A model generated the notes under the pieces. It was not told where the DNA came from. It searched no databases and saw only the letters and a list, made by a program, of their open reading frames with translations. Positions 9,205 through 19,613 of a stretch of DNA of 64,000 nt are shown here, piece after piece. This DNA is from Candidatus Hydrogenedentota bacterium (GTDB lineage: Bacteria > Hydrogenedentota > Hydrogenedentia > Hydrogenedentales > JAEUWI01). The first letter of the stretch is position 1, and every line of letters starts with the position of its first letter. A program made the translations under genes and the position numbers. The stretch is from assembly GCA_034669905.1 (NCBI GenBank), contig JAXMOL010000003.1, forward strand, positions 96,001 through 160,000, written 5' to 3'.

Positions 9205-10683
9205 TTACCGCTCGTTCCAGACCAGTTGAGACACCAGCTCCGGTTTGTTGCGGACGGCCCAGAGTTTCAAGAGTTCCATCGACAGCGTGTCGCCCCGGGT
9301 GATCGATTCGTAGTGATCATGTTGCGCGCTCGCGCGGGGCAGGGGACCACCGTCGAAGAATATCCGCAAGGCTTCCTCCGCGAAGTAGTCGGCGCGCTCA
9401 AGGTAGCGGGGGTCTTTCTCCAGCAGGTAGACGCCAATCATTAATTCCATGGCATCGGCCAGGGCACCGGAGTAAAGGGGAATCGACGTGTCCGGCGCGG
9501 AATCCAGATAGCGATTGGCCGCTGCGATGGCGAGGCTCTTATACCCTTCTAAGGGACGTTGGGCATAGCGCAGGAGACAATAATTGGCGATTTGGGCATC
9601 GGTCGCCTCACCATAGCCCGTGGCCCACGGACGTGTAAAGGAGGTGCCCTTTAGCGTGTCGATGGCGGCCACCTTGGCGAAGCCCTTGCCGCCAGCGCTC
9701 AGGTCGTGGTCCAGGTTGAGATACGTGGCATCCACGTTCTCCGCGCAGGTGCGCATAAACTTCGCCGTCTCTTCCGGAACCCACCGTGCCCCATCGGTGA
9801 GGTCAATGGCCAGGGAGAGATTGCTGGAGGGCCATATGGTCGTACCCTTGGTGCGCTTTGCACTCTCGGCGGGAAGGGCACCCGTTACCGGATGGCGCCG
9901 CCCTTCGAAATAGCCTACCAGGGTCTGGATGTAGTCGAGAAACTGCGGGTCTTTGGTGTGGCGATAGGCCTCGGCCCACGTGGCGAGATAGAACCCGCCA
10001 TGGCGGGGATACTCTGAGTCGGTGCCTGTCCTATGTGCGGCAAATCCCCCATGGCGGGAAAAGGCCCCCGTTTCGTGGTCGCCAATCTGGTGTGCCCACA
10101 GGGCATGGGCATAGCGCGCCGTGGCATCGGGCGCGAGGGAAAAACTCTGGGGCCACAGGACCCAGGGCCTGAAGTACTCGTGGGTACCGATGTCGCCGCC
10201 ACTGGCCAGAAAGGGCTGCTCTTCTCGAAAGTCCCAGGACAGATGTTCGCCCCACGCCAGGAAATGGGTGTCCGGATTCACCGCATGGGTAAAAAACCAC
10301 TGGAGTGCACGGTCGGCCGCCTGGTGATAACTGGCTTCGCCCGACAGGGCGCTCAGGGCATACAGAATCTGATAGAGGTTTTGATCGTGCATGGGATTCG
10401 CACCCGTCAGGGCACGGTCGTGATTGCGAATGCCCCACTCCTCCTTGGGAATGGCCCGGACCCGTTCCAGGGCATCCCCTTCCAGCAAGGAGAAGGTGTG
10501 GCGATCCAACGCGGCGGCGAAGAGGGGCGACGGCCTTTCACCATAACGATCTCTACCCGCATACATCATTGTGTTGGCATAGGCCCGGGCCACAGCAAGC
10601 AGACGCTCATCGAGGCTCGGGGCCTGTGCCTGTGCGCCTGAGGCCAGAAGGGTTGCCGAGAGTAAGAGGAGTAGAAGCCGCAT
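9205..10683 (-). CDS. secreted hypothetical protein, probable alpha/alpha-toroid carbohydrate-active fold
   Basis: Signal peptide MRLLLLLLSATLLASGAQA at 10683 with AAAGGAA RBS; helical Trp/His-rich repeats (WGEH, FSRH, YPRHGG, YESITRGD). Confidence 0.75.
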   Translation of the reverse strand: MRLLLLLLSATLLASGAQAQAPSLDERLLAVARAYANTMMYAGRDRYGERPSPLFAAALDRHTFSLLEGDALERVRAIPKEEWGIRNHDRALTGANPMHDQNLYQILYALSALSGEASYHQAADRALQWFFTHAVNPDTHFLAWGEHLSWDFREEQPFLASGGDIGTHEYFRPWVLWPQSFSLAPDATARYAHALWAHQIGDHETGAFSRHGGFAAHRTGTDSEYPRHGGFYLATWAEAYRHTKDPQFLDYIQTLVGYFEGRRHPVTGALPAESAKRTKGTTIWPSSNLSLAIDLTDGARWVPEETAKFMRTCAENVDATYLNLDHDLSAGGKGFAKVAAIDTLKGTSFTRPWATGYGEATDAQIANYCLLRYAQRPLEGYKSLAIAAANRYLDSAPDTSIPLYSGALADAMELMIGVYLLEKDPRYLERADYFAEEALRIFFDGGPLPRASAQHDHYESITRGDTLSMELLKLWAVRNKPELVSQLVWNER

Positions 10684-10858
10684 GCTGTTTCCTTTTTTCG
10701 TTGGGCTGAGGTGGGCGTGTTTCGAAGAAGTGCCTGCACCGCATAAGGATTGCACCATAGTAGACGGTACGCGGTCAATCCCCATGGAATAACTAATAGA
10801 AGTACTTGACAGAACAAAGTACATGGTGTAATCTTGGGGTATAGAAGGAGAACGTGCC

Positions 10859-12628
10859 ATGAGTGATGCGACGACCCCCGATGCGACGGCAGTGCCTGCC
10901 ATTCCCAAAGCCCCCCGAGCGCTTCCCCAAACCCTTCCGCCTTTGGCGACCCATGCCACCTTTCCGCTGTTTAGTGCGGCAATTCTGACGGGGGCGGTGG
11001 GGAATACCCTTGTTTTTCCTGCCTATCTTGGCCTCGGGGCGACGGTGTGGTGCGTGGCCGTGCTCATGGTGATGGCGTGGTTTCAGCACCGCGAGAAAGA
11101 AAAGACGCTCCGTTCCGCATTGGGCATCTATGGCCTGGCCCTTGTTGCGGCGGCCTGCCTGGCCTGGCGTGATGCCCCCTTCCTGCGCTACGGAAGTGTG
11201 GCCCTGTTTCTCTTCTGTGTCATGTGGATACAATGGATCCACGCGGGCGTTCGGCTGCGCAAGCTCCCTATTGCCCAATTCTTCGTTCACCTCGGTGGTG
11301 CGCTGCAGGCGTGGGGTATAGTGCTCTGGACCCAGTGCGGCATGGCGCGCTTTGGTGCGCCCAAGGTGCCCCGTGAATTGATTCAGCCTGTCATGCGGGG
11401 TGTGGTGATGGCGGCCGTGCTGCTCGTGGTCTTCGGCGGCCTGCTGGGGAAAGCCGATGCCCGCTTCAGTGCCTTCCTCGAAGGTTTTATCGCCCGGGAC
11501 TGGGCTACCTGGTTGAGCCGCATCTTCTGGTTCACCATCTTCACGGGCCTGTCCATTGTTATGCTTTCCTGCCGTGCGCGATTGAATAAATACTGGGCGC
11601 CCGGAGCGGAGGCATGGACCAAGGCCTTCCAGGAAAAGACGAAATCCCTCGTGGCCGTTGAATTGCTCATCCCCATGGCGGCGTTGAATGTCTTGTTTGC
11701 CGCCTTCGTGCTGACTCAGCTCAGCTATCTATTCGGTGGGGATCTCTACGTCCAGGAAGAAGTCGGTGCGACCTATGCCCAGTATGCCCGCCGGGGCTTT
11801 TTCGAATTGGCCCTGGTGGCGGCCCTCATCCTGCCCATGCAACTCCTCTTCGATGCCTGGCTGAGTAAAGCCTCACCCCTGTCCCGCCGTTGGTTTCAGG
11901 TGATGGGCGCCATTCAAAGTGGACTGCTGCTTTGCATCCTCGCCTCGGCCGCCCACCGAATGGCCCTCTACCTCGGGGTCTATGGTATGACCCAGCTGCG
12001 CTTCTATGCGAGCGCGGGTATCCTGTGGATAGGACTCACTATCCTGTGGCACATGGCGACGGTGCTGCGGAATCATCGCGAGCGTTTCATCCTGGGCGCG
12101 CTGACTTCGGCCATCACCTTGTTTCTTGCGGTACAGGCCATCAACCCCGACGGCCTCATTGCCCGCATCAATATCTTGCGGATTGCGGGCGACCAGACGG
12201 AACGTATGCTCAGCGTCGCTCCAGGGAGCAATGGACTCGAAAGCTATCGCGCCAAGAAGAGTTCCGCGCCCTTCCAGCTCGATATCTCCTATCTCCAGAC
12301 CCTCAGCACCGATGCCATCCCTGCTATCAAGGCCGGCCAGGAATATATGACGCCCAACGACCGGGCGGCCATTCATGAATACCTCGTGGGCTTCGATGGC
12401 TTCGCCGACGATGCCCGGGTGCGTACCTGGAGCTGGAGCCGCTGGACCGCATCGAAGGCCACGGAGGGGCTGGTAAGCGCCGTGTCGGGACGGGTAGAAG
12501 ATCCTTCGGTTTTGCGTGAAGACTACTTCGCCGCTTCCAGGCAGGCATCCATCCATCCCCGGAAGGTGTATTCGGGTGAGGGCATTGCGTCTCGCGGGAG
12601 GCAGGCCAGCTCGGCGGGAGCGCGATAG
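10859..12628 (+). CDS. DUF4153/DUF4173-family polytopic membrane protein
   Basis: Many TM helices; QLSYLFGG, YAQYARRGFFEL, RMALYLGVYGMTQLR, NPDGLIARINI, YLQTLSTDAIP motifs; AAGGAG RBS. Confidence 0.85.
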   Translation: MSDATTPDATAVPAIPKAPRALPQTLPPLATHATFPLFSAAILTGAVGNTLVFPAYLGLGATVWCVAVLMVMAWFQHREKEKTLRSALGIYGLALVAAACLAWRDAPFLRYGSVALFLFCVMWIQWIHAGVRLRKLPIAQFFVHLGGALQAWGIVLWTQCGMARFGAPKVPRELIQPVMRGVVMAAVLLVVFGGLLGKADARFSAFLEGFIARDWATWLSRIFWFTIFTGLSIVMLSCRARLNKYWAPGAEAWTKAFQEKTKSLVAVELLIPMAALNVLFAAFVLTQLSYLFGGDLYVQEEVGATYAQYARRGFFELALVAALILPMQLLFDAWLSKASPLSRRWFQVMGAIQSGLLLCILASAAHRMALYLGVYGMTQLRFYASAGILWIGLTILWHMATVLRNHRERFILGALTSAITLFLAVQAINPDGLIARINILRIAGDQTERMLSVAPGSNGLESYRAKKSSAPFQLDISYLQTLSTDAIPAIKAGQEYMTPNDRAAIHEYLVGFDGFADDARVRTWSWSRWTASKATEGLVSAVSGRVEDPSVLREDYFAASRQASIHPRKVYSGEGIASRGRQASSAGAR

Positions 12629-14697
12629 ATGGCGTTCACCTCGACTACGGTAGTACCCCGTTCCCGGGCTTCCGTGGCGTAGAGCCCTTCGATTTTCTGC
12701 CCCTGTGCATCGACCCACGCGCCGTAGTTGGTAGTGGTAAAGGACCTGGCCGAGACGTCAGCCTCCAGCTCCTCGGCCATCCACCGCACGGCCTTGGGTG
12801 TGAGGAAGTAGGGGCGGTGGCATCCGTCGGTGACAAAGGCGGACTCGAGGGTATGGGGAATGCCCGCCTTTTCGAGGCGCACCTTCGCCGAAGCGATTCC
12901 GGTCTCGATACCCTCCTGCAATGCGGCCCCGCCATGGTCCGGGTCGATGATGGTGTCCGACGTGCCACTGAGAAAGAGGGTGGCCGCGTGGGGTGCGAGG
13001 AGGGCGGTCATCTCGCCAAAGTCCATCATGGCGGAAAAATCCTGATAGGGCACGAGGGTGCAGGCCTTTCCATAGACAGCCAGACTGGGAATGAAGCCCC
13101 AGCCGGAAATGACAGCACCCCTAATGCGCGGGTCGAGGATGGCCAGACTTCCGGCACTCGCACCGCCCAGCGAATAGCCCACCACGCCAATGCGGTCGCC
13201 GTCCACTTCACGGCGACTTTCAAGGTAGTCCACCCCCCGCATCAAATCCCACACGAGCTTCCCGAGCACAGAGCGCTGCATCTGCTCCGTCATGAAGGCG
13301 GCGCGCGCCTCTTTGGGAAGGTGGTAGAGGTCGTGGCCCCGCGCCCCCATCTTTCGCTCCACGTGCCGCTCTTCTTCGCCGATGGTATCCACCACGAGGG
13401 TGGCGAAGCCATAGGTGGCATAGAGCTGTCCCGCGTATTGGGCGTAGAGGGCCGACTTGGAGCCGCCATGGCCACAGGCCACCACGACGGCGGGCGCTGG
13501 CTGTGGGCTCTCGGGCAGATAGAGCAAGGCCGTTACCCGGGAGCCTGGCTCACTGGCGTAGGTGATCGACTCGATGGTGTAGCCCTTGCCCGGTGTCGTG
13601 CGATGGGTTTCGGGGGCGAGGGGGACCCGTGTTTCCGGAAGGGTCAGGGCCTCGGCCATTTGCTTACGGAGCGCCGCCGCCCGCGCTGGCCAAGCCATTC
13701 GTTCCGATGCAGGGCCGTCCCAACGCGCGGTGCCGATGGCGAAATACTTGTTGACGAAGGGCGGTGCTTTTCGCGAGGCATACCAGATGCGCCACGAGCC
13801 ATCCTCCAATTTCATGACCGACTGACTGGTCGTGTAGTGGGACTCCCAGGGCCGTGAGGGGTCGGGGGTGAGCACGGGGTTGTTGGGGGCCTTGGTCCAA
13901 TGCACCCCATCGGTGCTCGTGGCGGTGCCAATGGCCGTGGTGCTTTCCCGATCGCGCCAGTAGGCCCCATACCACATGATCCACGTGTCGCCGTGCTTGA
14001 TAACGGCTGGATAGAAGAGGCGATTCTTTTCCCAGGGCTGGTCAATGACGATGCACGGCGTCTCTGTCTTCGCCCAGGTACGTCCGTCGGGACTTTGCGC
14101 GTGGCGAACGACCCACGGGTCGGCGGAGACGTCGCTATACCACATATGATAGAGGTTGCCCTCTTTCATGATGGTGGGCGCATAGATGCCATCAAACTGG
14201 GCCGACGAGGGGGCCGACCAGGTGATGCCATCCTCGCTGGTGGCTTCGTGGAGGGTGTGGGCACCCGTGCCGCGGACGAAATCGGTGGCCGCAAACCAGA
14301 GGCGAAGCTTGCCGTTTTCGCGGAGCACCGACCCGTTGGGATTGCGCAGCAGGGTGGGGGTGAGGATGGAGTGCTTCCCGTCGCCAAAGGAAAAGATGGG
14401 CTCGGGGTCTTTGGTGAAGTGGATGCCGTCCGTGCTGGTGGCCCGCCCCATCTGGAACACGCGATTCGCCACGTCGTTCGTCGAGCCGCTGTAGTAGAGG
14501 GTGAAGAGGCCCTTCTCTTCCATGACACAGGGCGCGAAAAGGTGGGTGTCATCGAAGGCACCCGGCTCACCCAGCGAGATGACGGGGCCGTCGGAATCCC
14601 GTACCCACATCTGCTCATGGAGTGGGGAAGCAAGGACGTTGGTGGCGAGAATCAACAGCAGGGCAAACGGGACAGCGGCGCGATAGAGAGCGAGCAC
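12523..14697 (-). CDS. secreted fusion: five-bladed beta-propeller glycoside hydrolase-like domain plus alpha/beta hydrolase (acetyl xylan esterase/dienelactone hydrolase-like)
   Basis: Signal peptide; repeated (A/T)STDGxxW propeller motifs; C-terminal half with YASEPGSRVTALLYLP, CGHGG, DLMRGVDYL and GYSLGG nucleophile elbow; GTG start with AAGGA RBS. Confidence 0.85.
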   Translation of the reverse strand: MLALYRAAVPFALLLILATNVLASPLHEQMWVRDSDGPVISLGEPGAFDDTHLFAPCVMEEKGLFTLYYSGSTNDVANRVFQMGRATSTDGIHFTKDPEPIFSFGDGKHSILTPTLLRNPNGSVLRENGKLRLWFAATDFVRGTGAHTLHEATSEDGITWSAPSSAQFDGIYAPTIMKEGNLYHMWYSDVSADPWVVRHAQSPDGRTWAKTETPCIVIDQPWEKNRLFYPAVIKHGDTWIMWYGAYWRDRESTTAIGTATSTDGVHWTKAPNNPVLTPDPSRPWESHYTTSQSVMKLEDGSWRIWYASRKAPPFVNKYFAIGTARWDGPASERMAWPARAAALRKQMAEALTLPETRVPLAPETHRTTPGKGYTIESITYASEPGSRVTALLYLPESPQPAPAVVVACGHGGSKSALYAQYAGQLYATYGFATLVVDTIGEEERHVERKMGARGHDLYHLPKEARAAFMTEQMQRSVLGKLVWDLMRGVDYLESRREVDGDRIGVVGYSLGGASAGSLAILDPRIRGAVISGWGFIPSLAVYGKACTLVPYQDFSAMMDFGEMTALLAPHAATLFLSGTSDTIIDPDHGGAALQEGIETGIASAKVRLEKAGIPHTLESAFVTDGCHRPYFLTPKAVRWMAEELEADVSARSFTTTNYGAWVDAQGQKIEGLYATEARERGTTVVEVNAIYRAPAELACLPRDAMPSPEYTFRGWMDACLEAAK

Positions 14698-14854
14698 GAT
14701 AATTCCTTTCCGAGTTGGCTCTCCGTTATACACCAAGCGTGGTATGGGGGTGCAATGCGGGAAGGATAGAGGGGTAGGAATTCCGCGTCGACACTTCACC
14801 CGTAAAGCCACTCGTACCTCGTGTCTGTAAGGGTGGCACCCTTGATGTCGTCGC

Positions 14855-15817
14855 CTATTTGCCCAGCTTCAATTCCTTGAAGACAGCGATGTTGTAGTAG
14901 GCGTCCTGGTCCAGGTCCCCGTAGTGTTCCTGCTGGGCGTGGAGGGCCTTGACGATGCCGGTGATGGGGTGCTTGGGCTGGAAGCCGAGGTAGGTGCGGG
15001 CTTTCTCACAGGTGACCTTATAATTTCGGAAGTCCTGCACATTGTTAATCTGGACCCGAATCTTCTCGCCCGTGCACGCTTCTACTTCATCCTTCACAAA
15101 GTCAGCCACCTGGCCCACAGTGAAGTTGTCTTTTGCCACGTTGAAGATACCGCTGATGCTTTGGTCCGCCTGGATGGCGCGCAGGAATGCGCTCGACGTG
15201 TCCCGCACATCGATAATGGGACGCCAGATGGAGGGATTGTTCACCGTGATTTTTTTCTCCTGGAGGGCGCACTTAAACATGGTGTTGACGATGAGGTCGA
15301 AGCGCATGCGGGGGCTGTGTCCACAGACCGTGCCCTGGCGCAAGGCGATGGTGGAGAAGGTGTGATCCTGTAGCTGCAGGACGCCATGCTCCCCCTCCAG
15401 CTTGGAGATGCCATAGGGGTAGGCGCAGGTGACCGGGGCCTTCTCGTCGTAGAGCTCGTTGACGGTGTAGCCATAGACCGAGCAGGAGGAGGCATAGACA
15501 AAGCGCTTCACGCCCGCCTGTTTCGCCTGAAAGGCCAGGTAGGAGGGCAGGGCACCGTTCTGGATAAAGTTCTGGGCCGGGCTGAATTCCGCCATGGGGT
15601 CGTTGGAGAGGCCGGCCAGAAAAATCACCTGCTCATAGCCCCGCAGATCCTCGACCCCGAGGTCGAAGAGATCCTTCTGGATCACCGTCGTGCCTTCGGG
15701 CAGGTGATTGCCAAACCAGAGCAGATCGACCACGTCCACGTCATAGCCGTGTTCCTGGAGGATGGGCACGAGCACCGAGCCAATATAACCGGCACCGCCG
15801 GCGACCATTATCCGCAT
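14855..15817 (-). CDS. NAD-dependent epimerase/dehydratase (extended SDR, nucleotide-sugar)
   Basis: GGAGYIG, ASSCSVYG, YGISK (YxxxK), SPRMRFDLIVN. Confidence 0.92.
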   Translation of the reverse strand: MRIMVAGGAGYIGSVLVPILQEHGYDVDVVDLLWFGNHLPEGTTVIQKDLFDLGVEDLRGYEQVIFLAGLSNDPMAEFSPAQNFIQNGALPSYLAFQAKQAGVKRFVYASSCSVYGYTVNELYDEKAPVTCAYPYGISKLEGEHGVLQLQDHTFSTIALRQGTVCGHSPRMRFDLIVNTMFKCALQEKKITVNNPSIWRPIIDVRDTSSAFLRAIQADQSISGIFNVAKDNFTVGQVADFVKDEVEACTGEKIRVQINNVQDFRNYKVTCEKARTYLGFQPKHPITGIVKALHAQQEHYGDLDQDAYYNIAVFKELKLGK

Positions 15818-16101
15818 GAGGAATCCCTTTTCCACGATGGCCCCATGGGTGGGTGCCCGGTCGTGATTGTCCCAGCGCATCCGTGCGTCGGGTGATGGTC
15901 AGTATACCAAGGGATCCGCGCCGCGACACAACGCCACCCGCATGCGGTGATAGGCGTGGCTGTGGTAGGCTGGGGAAGGGACCCGAGTAGAGCGTTTCCG
16001 CACTGATTGGTGCCGTCCATGAGCCGGAGTTTTTCTGTCGGGGAATTACTGAAATACCGCTCAGTCCCCGTGCCATGTCATAGACGCGCCGCAGGAGGGC
16101 G

Positions 16102-16301
16102 ATGCCGAGTAGAACGAGGTTTCGTGTGCGTGGAGCAAAGGAGAATTTCTCGCTACGAGACACACTAAATGAGGGCTCCAATGAGCCTGCGGACGGAAAT
16201 GGCCGCCCGAACGGGGTCAACTTTCATGGCCCGCTGTTGGTTGGGCTCCATGCACACGAATCGACGGGGTCGAATCGCGTGGCACGATAGTGACTCGGCG
16301 T
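16102..16301. other. multi-stem structured intergenic element (candidate ncRNA or cis-regulatory RNA)
   Basis: 16-bp stem 16121-16136/16245-16260 with one G-U, outer stem atgccgagt/actcggcgt, and several inner hairpins. Confidence 0.45.
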
Positions 16302-16381
16302 AGGTCTTCAAGATTCAAGATGCACCAACCAGAAAAGTTAGTTGCGACAAAATCCCCAAACCCCATTAAGACCTGGAGCGT

Positions 16382-17299
16382 ATGACCGTGTTTCGATTTG
16401 CCCTGTTTTCCTTGTTGCTGATTGTCCCGTGTGTTTCCCTGGCGGCCCCCGTTTTCCCGTCAGTCGAAGTGGTGCCCCTGCCCTATAAACAGATGGCCTT
16501 TGAAATCGACGGGGCCGAAGTGGCCCGGTTTCACGGAGGCACCAGCGAGCCCAAGTCCTTCCTCTATCCCCTCATCGGACCGGCCGGGAAACGGCTGACC
16601 ACCATGTCGCACCCCGTCGATCCCCATGGACACCGCCACCACCGCTCAGTCTGGGTGGGGCACCGTGACGTGAATGGGCATAATTTCTGGGAGGAGACGG
16701 ACGGCAGCCGTATCGAAATGACCCAACTGGAAGCCTACGGACACGAGGAAGGCGCGGCATGGTTTCGGGCGGCCCATGCGTGGAAGAATCCCGCCGGGGA
16801 AGTGGTGCTCAAGGAAGAACGCACCTTCCGGGTGACGAAACAAGCCGCCGGGGCCTACTATCTTGACCTGACGATGCTTTTTCGCGTGGGAGACAAGGGC
16901 GCCGTGACTTTCGGTAAAACGCCCTACGGCCTCCTCGGCGTGCGGGTGAGCCCTACGGTTTCCGTGACCTTTGGCGGGGGGAAGATTATCAATGCGGAAG
17001 GCGATGAGAACGAAGCGGGGGTCCATTGGAAGGCCTCCCGCTGGGCGGACTATTCCGGGCCGGTCGCGCCGGAAGTGATCAACGGCGCAGCGTTTTTTGA
17101 CCATCCCGATAACCCGGGCTTTCCCGCGACCTATCACGTGCGCGATGAAGGGTGGATGAGCGCTTCTTTCACCTACGATGCGCCCTACGTGTTAGAGCCG
17201 GGTGCTTCGCTTACCCTGCGCTACCGCATTTATGTCCACGGCTCCGAAGAAACGCCGGAGACGCTGGATGGGCACTGGAAGCAGTTCTCGGAAAAGTGA
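16382..17299 (+). CDS. secreted PmoA-like (DUF6807-type) protein
   Basis: Signal peptide; FLYPLIGP, HRHHRSVWVGH, NFW, YGLLGVR, WADYSG, FDHPDNP, YHVRDEG motifs of this soluble family (not a membrane methane monooxygenase subunit). Confidence 0.85.
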   Translation: MTVFRFALFSLLLIVPCVSLAAPVFPSVEVVPLPYKQMAFEIDGAEVARFHGGTSEPKSFLYPLIGPAGKRLTTMSHPVDPHGHRHHRSVWVGHRDVNGHNFWEETDGSRIEMTQLEAYGHEEGAAWFRAAHAWKNPAGEVVLKEERTFRVTKQAAGAYYLDLTMLFRVGDKGAVTFGKTPYGLLGVRVSPTVSVTFGGGKIINAEGDENEAGVHWKASRWADYSGPVAPEVINGAAFFDHPDNPGFPATYHVRDEGWMSASFTYDAPYVLEPGASLTLRYRIYVHGSEETPETLDGHWKQFSEK

Positions 17300-17303
17300 G
17301 TGT

Positions 17304-18137
17304 CTAATAGCGCGCCCGAAGATAGCGGACATAGGCACTGCCCCAGCCCCGCAGTAACAACGCCACGTCATCCAGCCGACCCCGGGCCGTCCACCAGACG
17401 GCCCGTGTGAGCAGCCAGGTGCCATTGGCCAGGCTGAACGTCACACTGCGCAGGATGTCGTCCTCATAGGTCTTTAACATGGCGTAGGTACTATGGGCCT
17501 CCTGGAGCCGAATGGCATCACCCGTTTTGCGCTCCGTGCCGTGATGACGAAAGACCGCATCCGCCACGAAGGTAAAGGGGTGCCCGGCACAGGCCGCCCG
17601 GATGCACAGATCGCTATCCTCAAAGTAGTACGGCAACTCTTCGTCAAAGCCGCCGAGGGCCTGGAAGAGGTTCCGGGGTACGGCGAGGTTACAGCTGGGG
17701 CCCGTGTTGGCCCGCTCCGGTGGGCAGGGCAGACTCTTTCCGATAAAGGTGGCCCGTCGGGGCACGGACTGCGTGCGCCCACTGCGGAAGTCGACCACAT
17801 TTCCCAATAGCAGGTGTGTCCCGGTATGGGCGGACAGCATGGCGTCGAGCCAGTTGGATTCCACGACCCCATCGGAATCCAGAAAGAGGAGCAGGTGGCC
17901 GCGTGCCACTTCGGCGCCCCGATTGCGCCCGTAGGCGGGGCCCATGGAGCGGGCGAGGGAAAGGACGCGAACGGAAGGGAAATCGAGGGCGAGTTTCGCG
18001 GTCGTCCCATCGGTGGAGGCGTCATCGATAACCAGGATTTCCACGTCGGCGTCTTCGATAGCGGACATCAGGGAAAGCAGCAACGCCTTGAGTAAGGTGT
18101 AGCGGTTGTAGGTAGGGATAATCACGGAGGCGCGCAC
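17304..18137 (-). CDS. glycosyltransferase family 2
   Basis: SVIIPTYNR, IDDASTDGT, RNRG, FLDSD, GGFDE...YFEDSDLCIR; GTG start at 18137 with AGGAG RBS. Confidence 0.92.
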   Translation of the reverse strand: MRASVIIPTYNRYTLLKALLLSLMSAIEDADVEILVIDDASTDGTTAKLALDFPSVRVLSLARSMGPAYGRNRGAEVARGHLLLFLDSDGVVESNWLDAMLSAHTGTHLLLGNVVDFRSGRTQSVPRRATFIGKSLPCPPERANTGPSCNLAVPRNLFQALGGFDEELPYYFEDSDLCIRAACAGHPFTFVADAVFRHHGTERKTGDAIRLQEAHSTYAMLKTYEDDILRSVTFSLANGTWLLTRAVWWTARGRLDDVALLLRGWGSAYVRYLRARY

Positions 18138-18311
18138 CAGGGGGCTCCTGTTTTTTTGGGGGGCGATACGAAAAATGCGTTTAGTCAAAGACCGGGGAAG
18201 GGAGCGAATTCTGTCTGCATTTCCTGTTGTGGTGTTATTGGGAAAGGGCCGAATCCTGTGCTATCCTAGGCCCAACATCACATTCAGGGGGCCGGGCCAG
18301 GAGCGGTTATT

Positions 18312-19613
18312 ATGAATCCTATTACCCGTAGTATAGCGCAGGAAGCACCGACGACGGAGCAGGCAGACAGCCTGGATTCGGATGTCGTATTGGGGGCCAG
18401 CGCCAGTCATTTGTTGTTGGCCATATCGCAGGTGGATCTGGCCGTACTCATTGCCAACCTCGCCGGTGATATTACCTATATAAACCCCCGCTTTACCACA
18501 CTCACTGGCTATTGCGCCCGGGATATTCTGGGTGAGTCACTGGATACCCTACGCAGCGAGGTGCACGGGCACCGCTTTTACCGGAGAATCCGGCGCGCGC
18601 TGCTGGCAGGTGAAACCTGGTCGGGCCGGGTGACCCTCCGTAAGCAAGATGGCACCGGGTACCATTCGCGCAGCATCATTTCTCCCTTGCGAAACCGCGC
18701 GGGTGAGACCACGGGATACAGCGTATTCTTCCGCGATACGACGGAAGAACTGAAGCTGGAAGCCCAGTTGCGGCAGGTTCAGAAAATGGAAGCCATCGGC
18801 GAAATGGCCGCGGGCATCGCCCACGAAATCAACACCCCGATCCAATATGTGGGCGACAACATCCAATTCCTGCATGAAGCGATGGGCGACATGGTGCGGC
18901 TGGTGACGGCCTACGAGGAAATTTGTGCGAAGGCGCGCACCCAATCGATCGACCCCGCTGCTCTCGATGCGGTCGCGGCGTTGCGCCAGGAAATCGACTG
19001 GGACTTTTTGCAGGAAGAAGTGCCCGCTGCGATTGCGCAGGCCCTGGAAGGACGTAACCGGGTGGCGGAAATCGTACGGGCCATGAAAGAATTTGCTCAC
19101 CCCGGCGACGAGACCCTGACCCCGATCGACTTGAACCACGCGATCGAAAATACCCTGGCCGTATCCCGCAGCGAATGGAAACTCATTGCCTCGGTCGAGA
19201 CCCAACTGCAGGCAGACTTGCCGGCCGTGCCCTGCTTTCCTGGCTCTTTTAATCAGGTGCTCCTGAACCTCGTGGTCAACGCGGCCCACGCCATCCAGGA
19301 TTGCCACACGGACGGCGCATCAAAAAAAGGCTGTATCACGATTGCCACGGCGGTGGTGGGCAATGCGGTGGAACTACGGGTGCAGGATACGGGGTGTGGG
19401 ATTCCAGAGGAGCAGGTGAGCCGCATTTTCGAGCCGTTTTTTACGACCAAAGATATTGGAAAAGGCACCGGACAAGGACTCGCCCTGACCCATTCCGTCA
19501 TCGTCGAGCGAATGGGAGGGAGTATCGAGGTGGAGTCGGCCGTGGGTGAAGGGACGACTTTCATACTCAAGCTACCGCTCCGGCCCGGTAAGGGAACAGG
19601 GAGTAGTACGTGA
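18312..19613 (+). CDS. cytoplasmic PAS sensor histidine kinase
   Basis: PAS (YINPRFTTLTGY), H-box AHEINTP, N-box NLVVNAAHA, DTGCGI, FEPFFTTK, GTGQGL. Confidence 0.93.
   Translation: MNPITRSIAQEAPTTEQADSLDSDVVLGASASHLLLAISQVDLAVLIANLAGDITYINPRFTTLTGYCARDILGESLDTLRSEVHGHRFYRRIRRALLAGETWSGRVTLRKQDGTGYHSRSIISPLRNRAGETTGYSVFFRDTTEELKLEAQLRQVQKMEAIGEMAAGIAHEINTPIQYVGDNIQFLHEAMGDMVRLVTAYEEICAKARTQSIDPAALDAVAALRQEIDWDFLQEEVPAAIAQALEGRNRVAEIVRAMKEFAHPGDETLTPIDLNHAIENTLAVSRSEWKLIASVETQLQADLPAVPCFPGSFNQVLLNLVVNAAHAIQDCHTDGASKKGCITIATAVVGNAVELRVQDTGCGIPEEQVSRIFEPFFTTKDIGKGTGQGLALTHSVIVERMGGSIEVESAVGEGTTFILKLPLRPGKGTGSST

Noticed and set aside
16382..17299. Particulate methane monooxygenase subunit
   Set aside because: Soluble secreted protein of the misleadingly named PmoA-like family; no pmoB/pmoC
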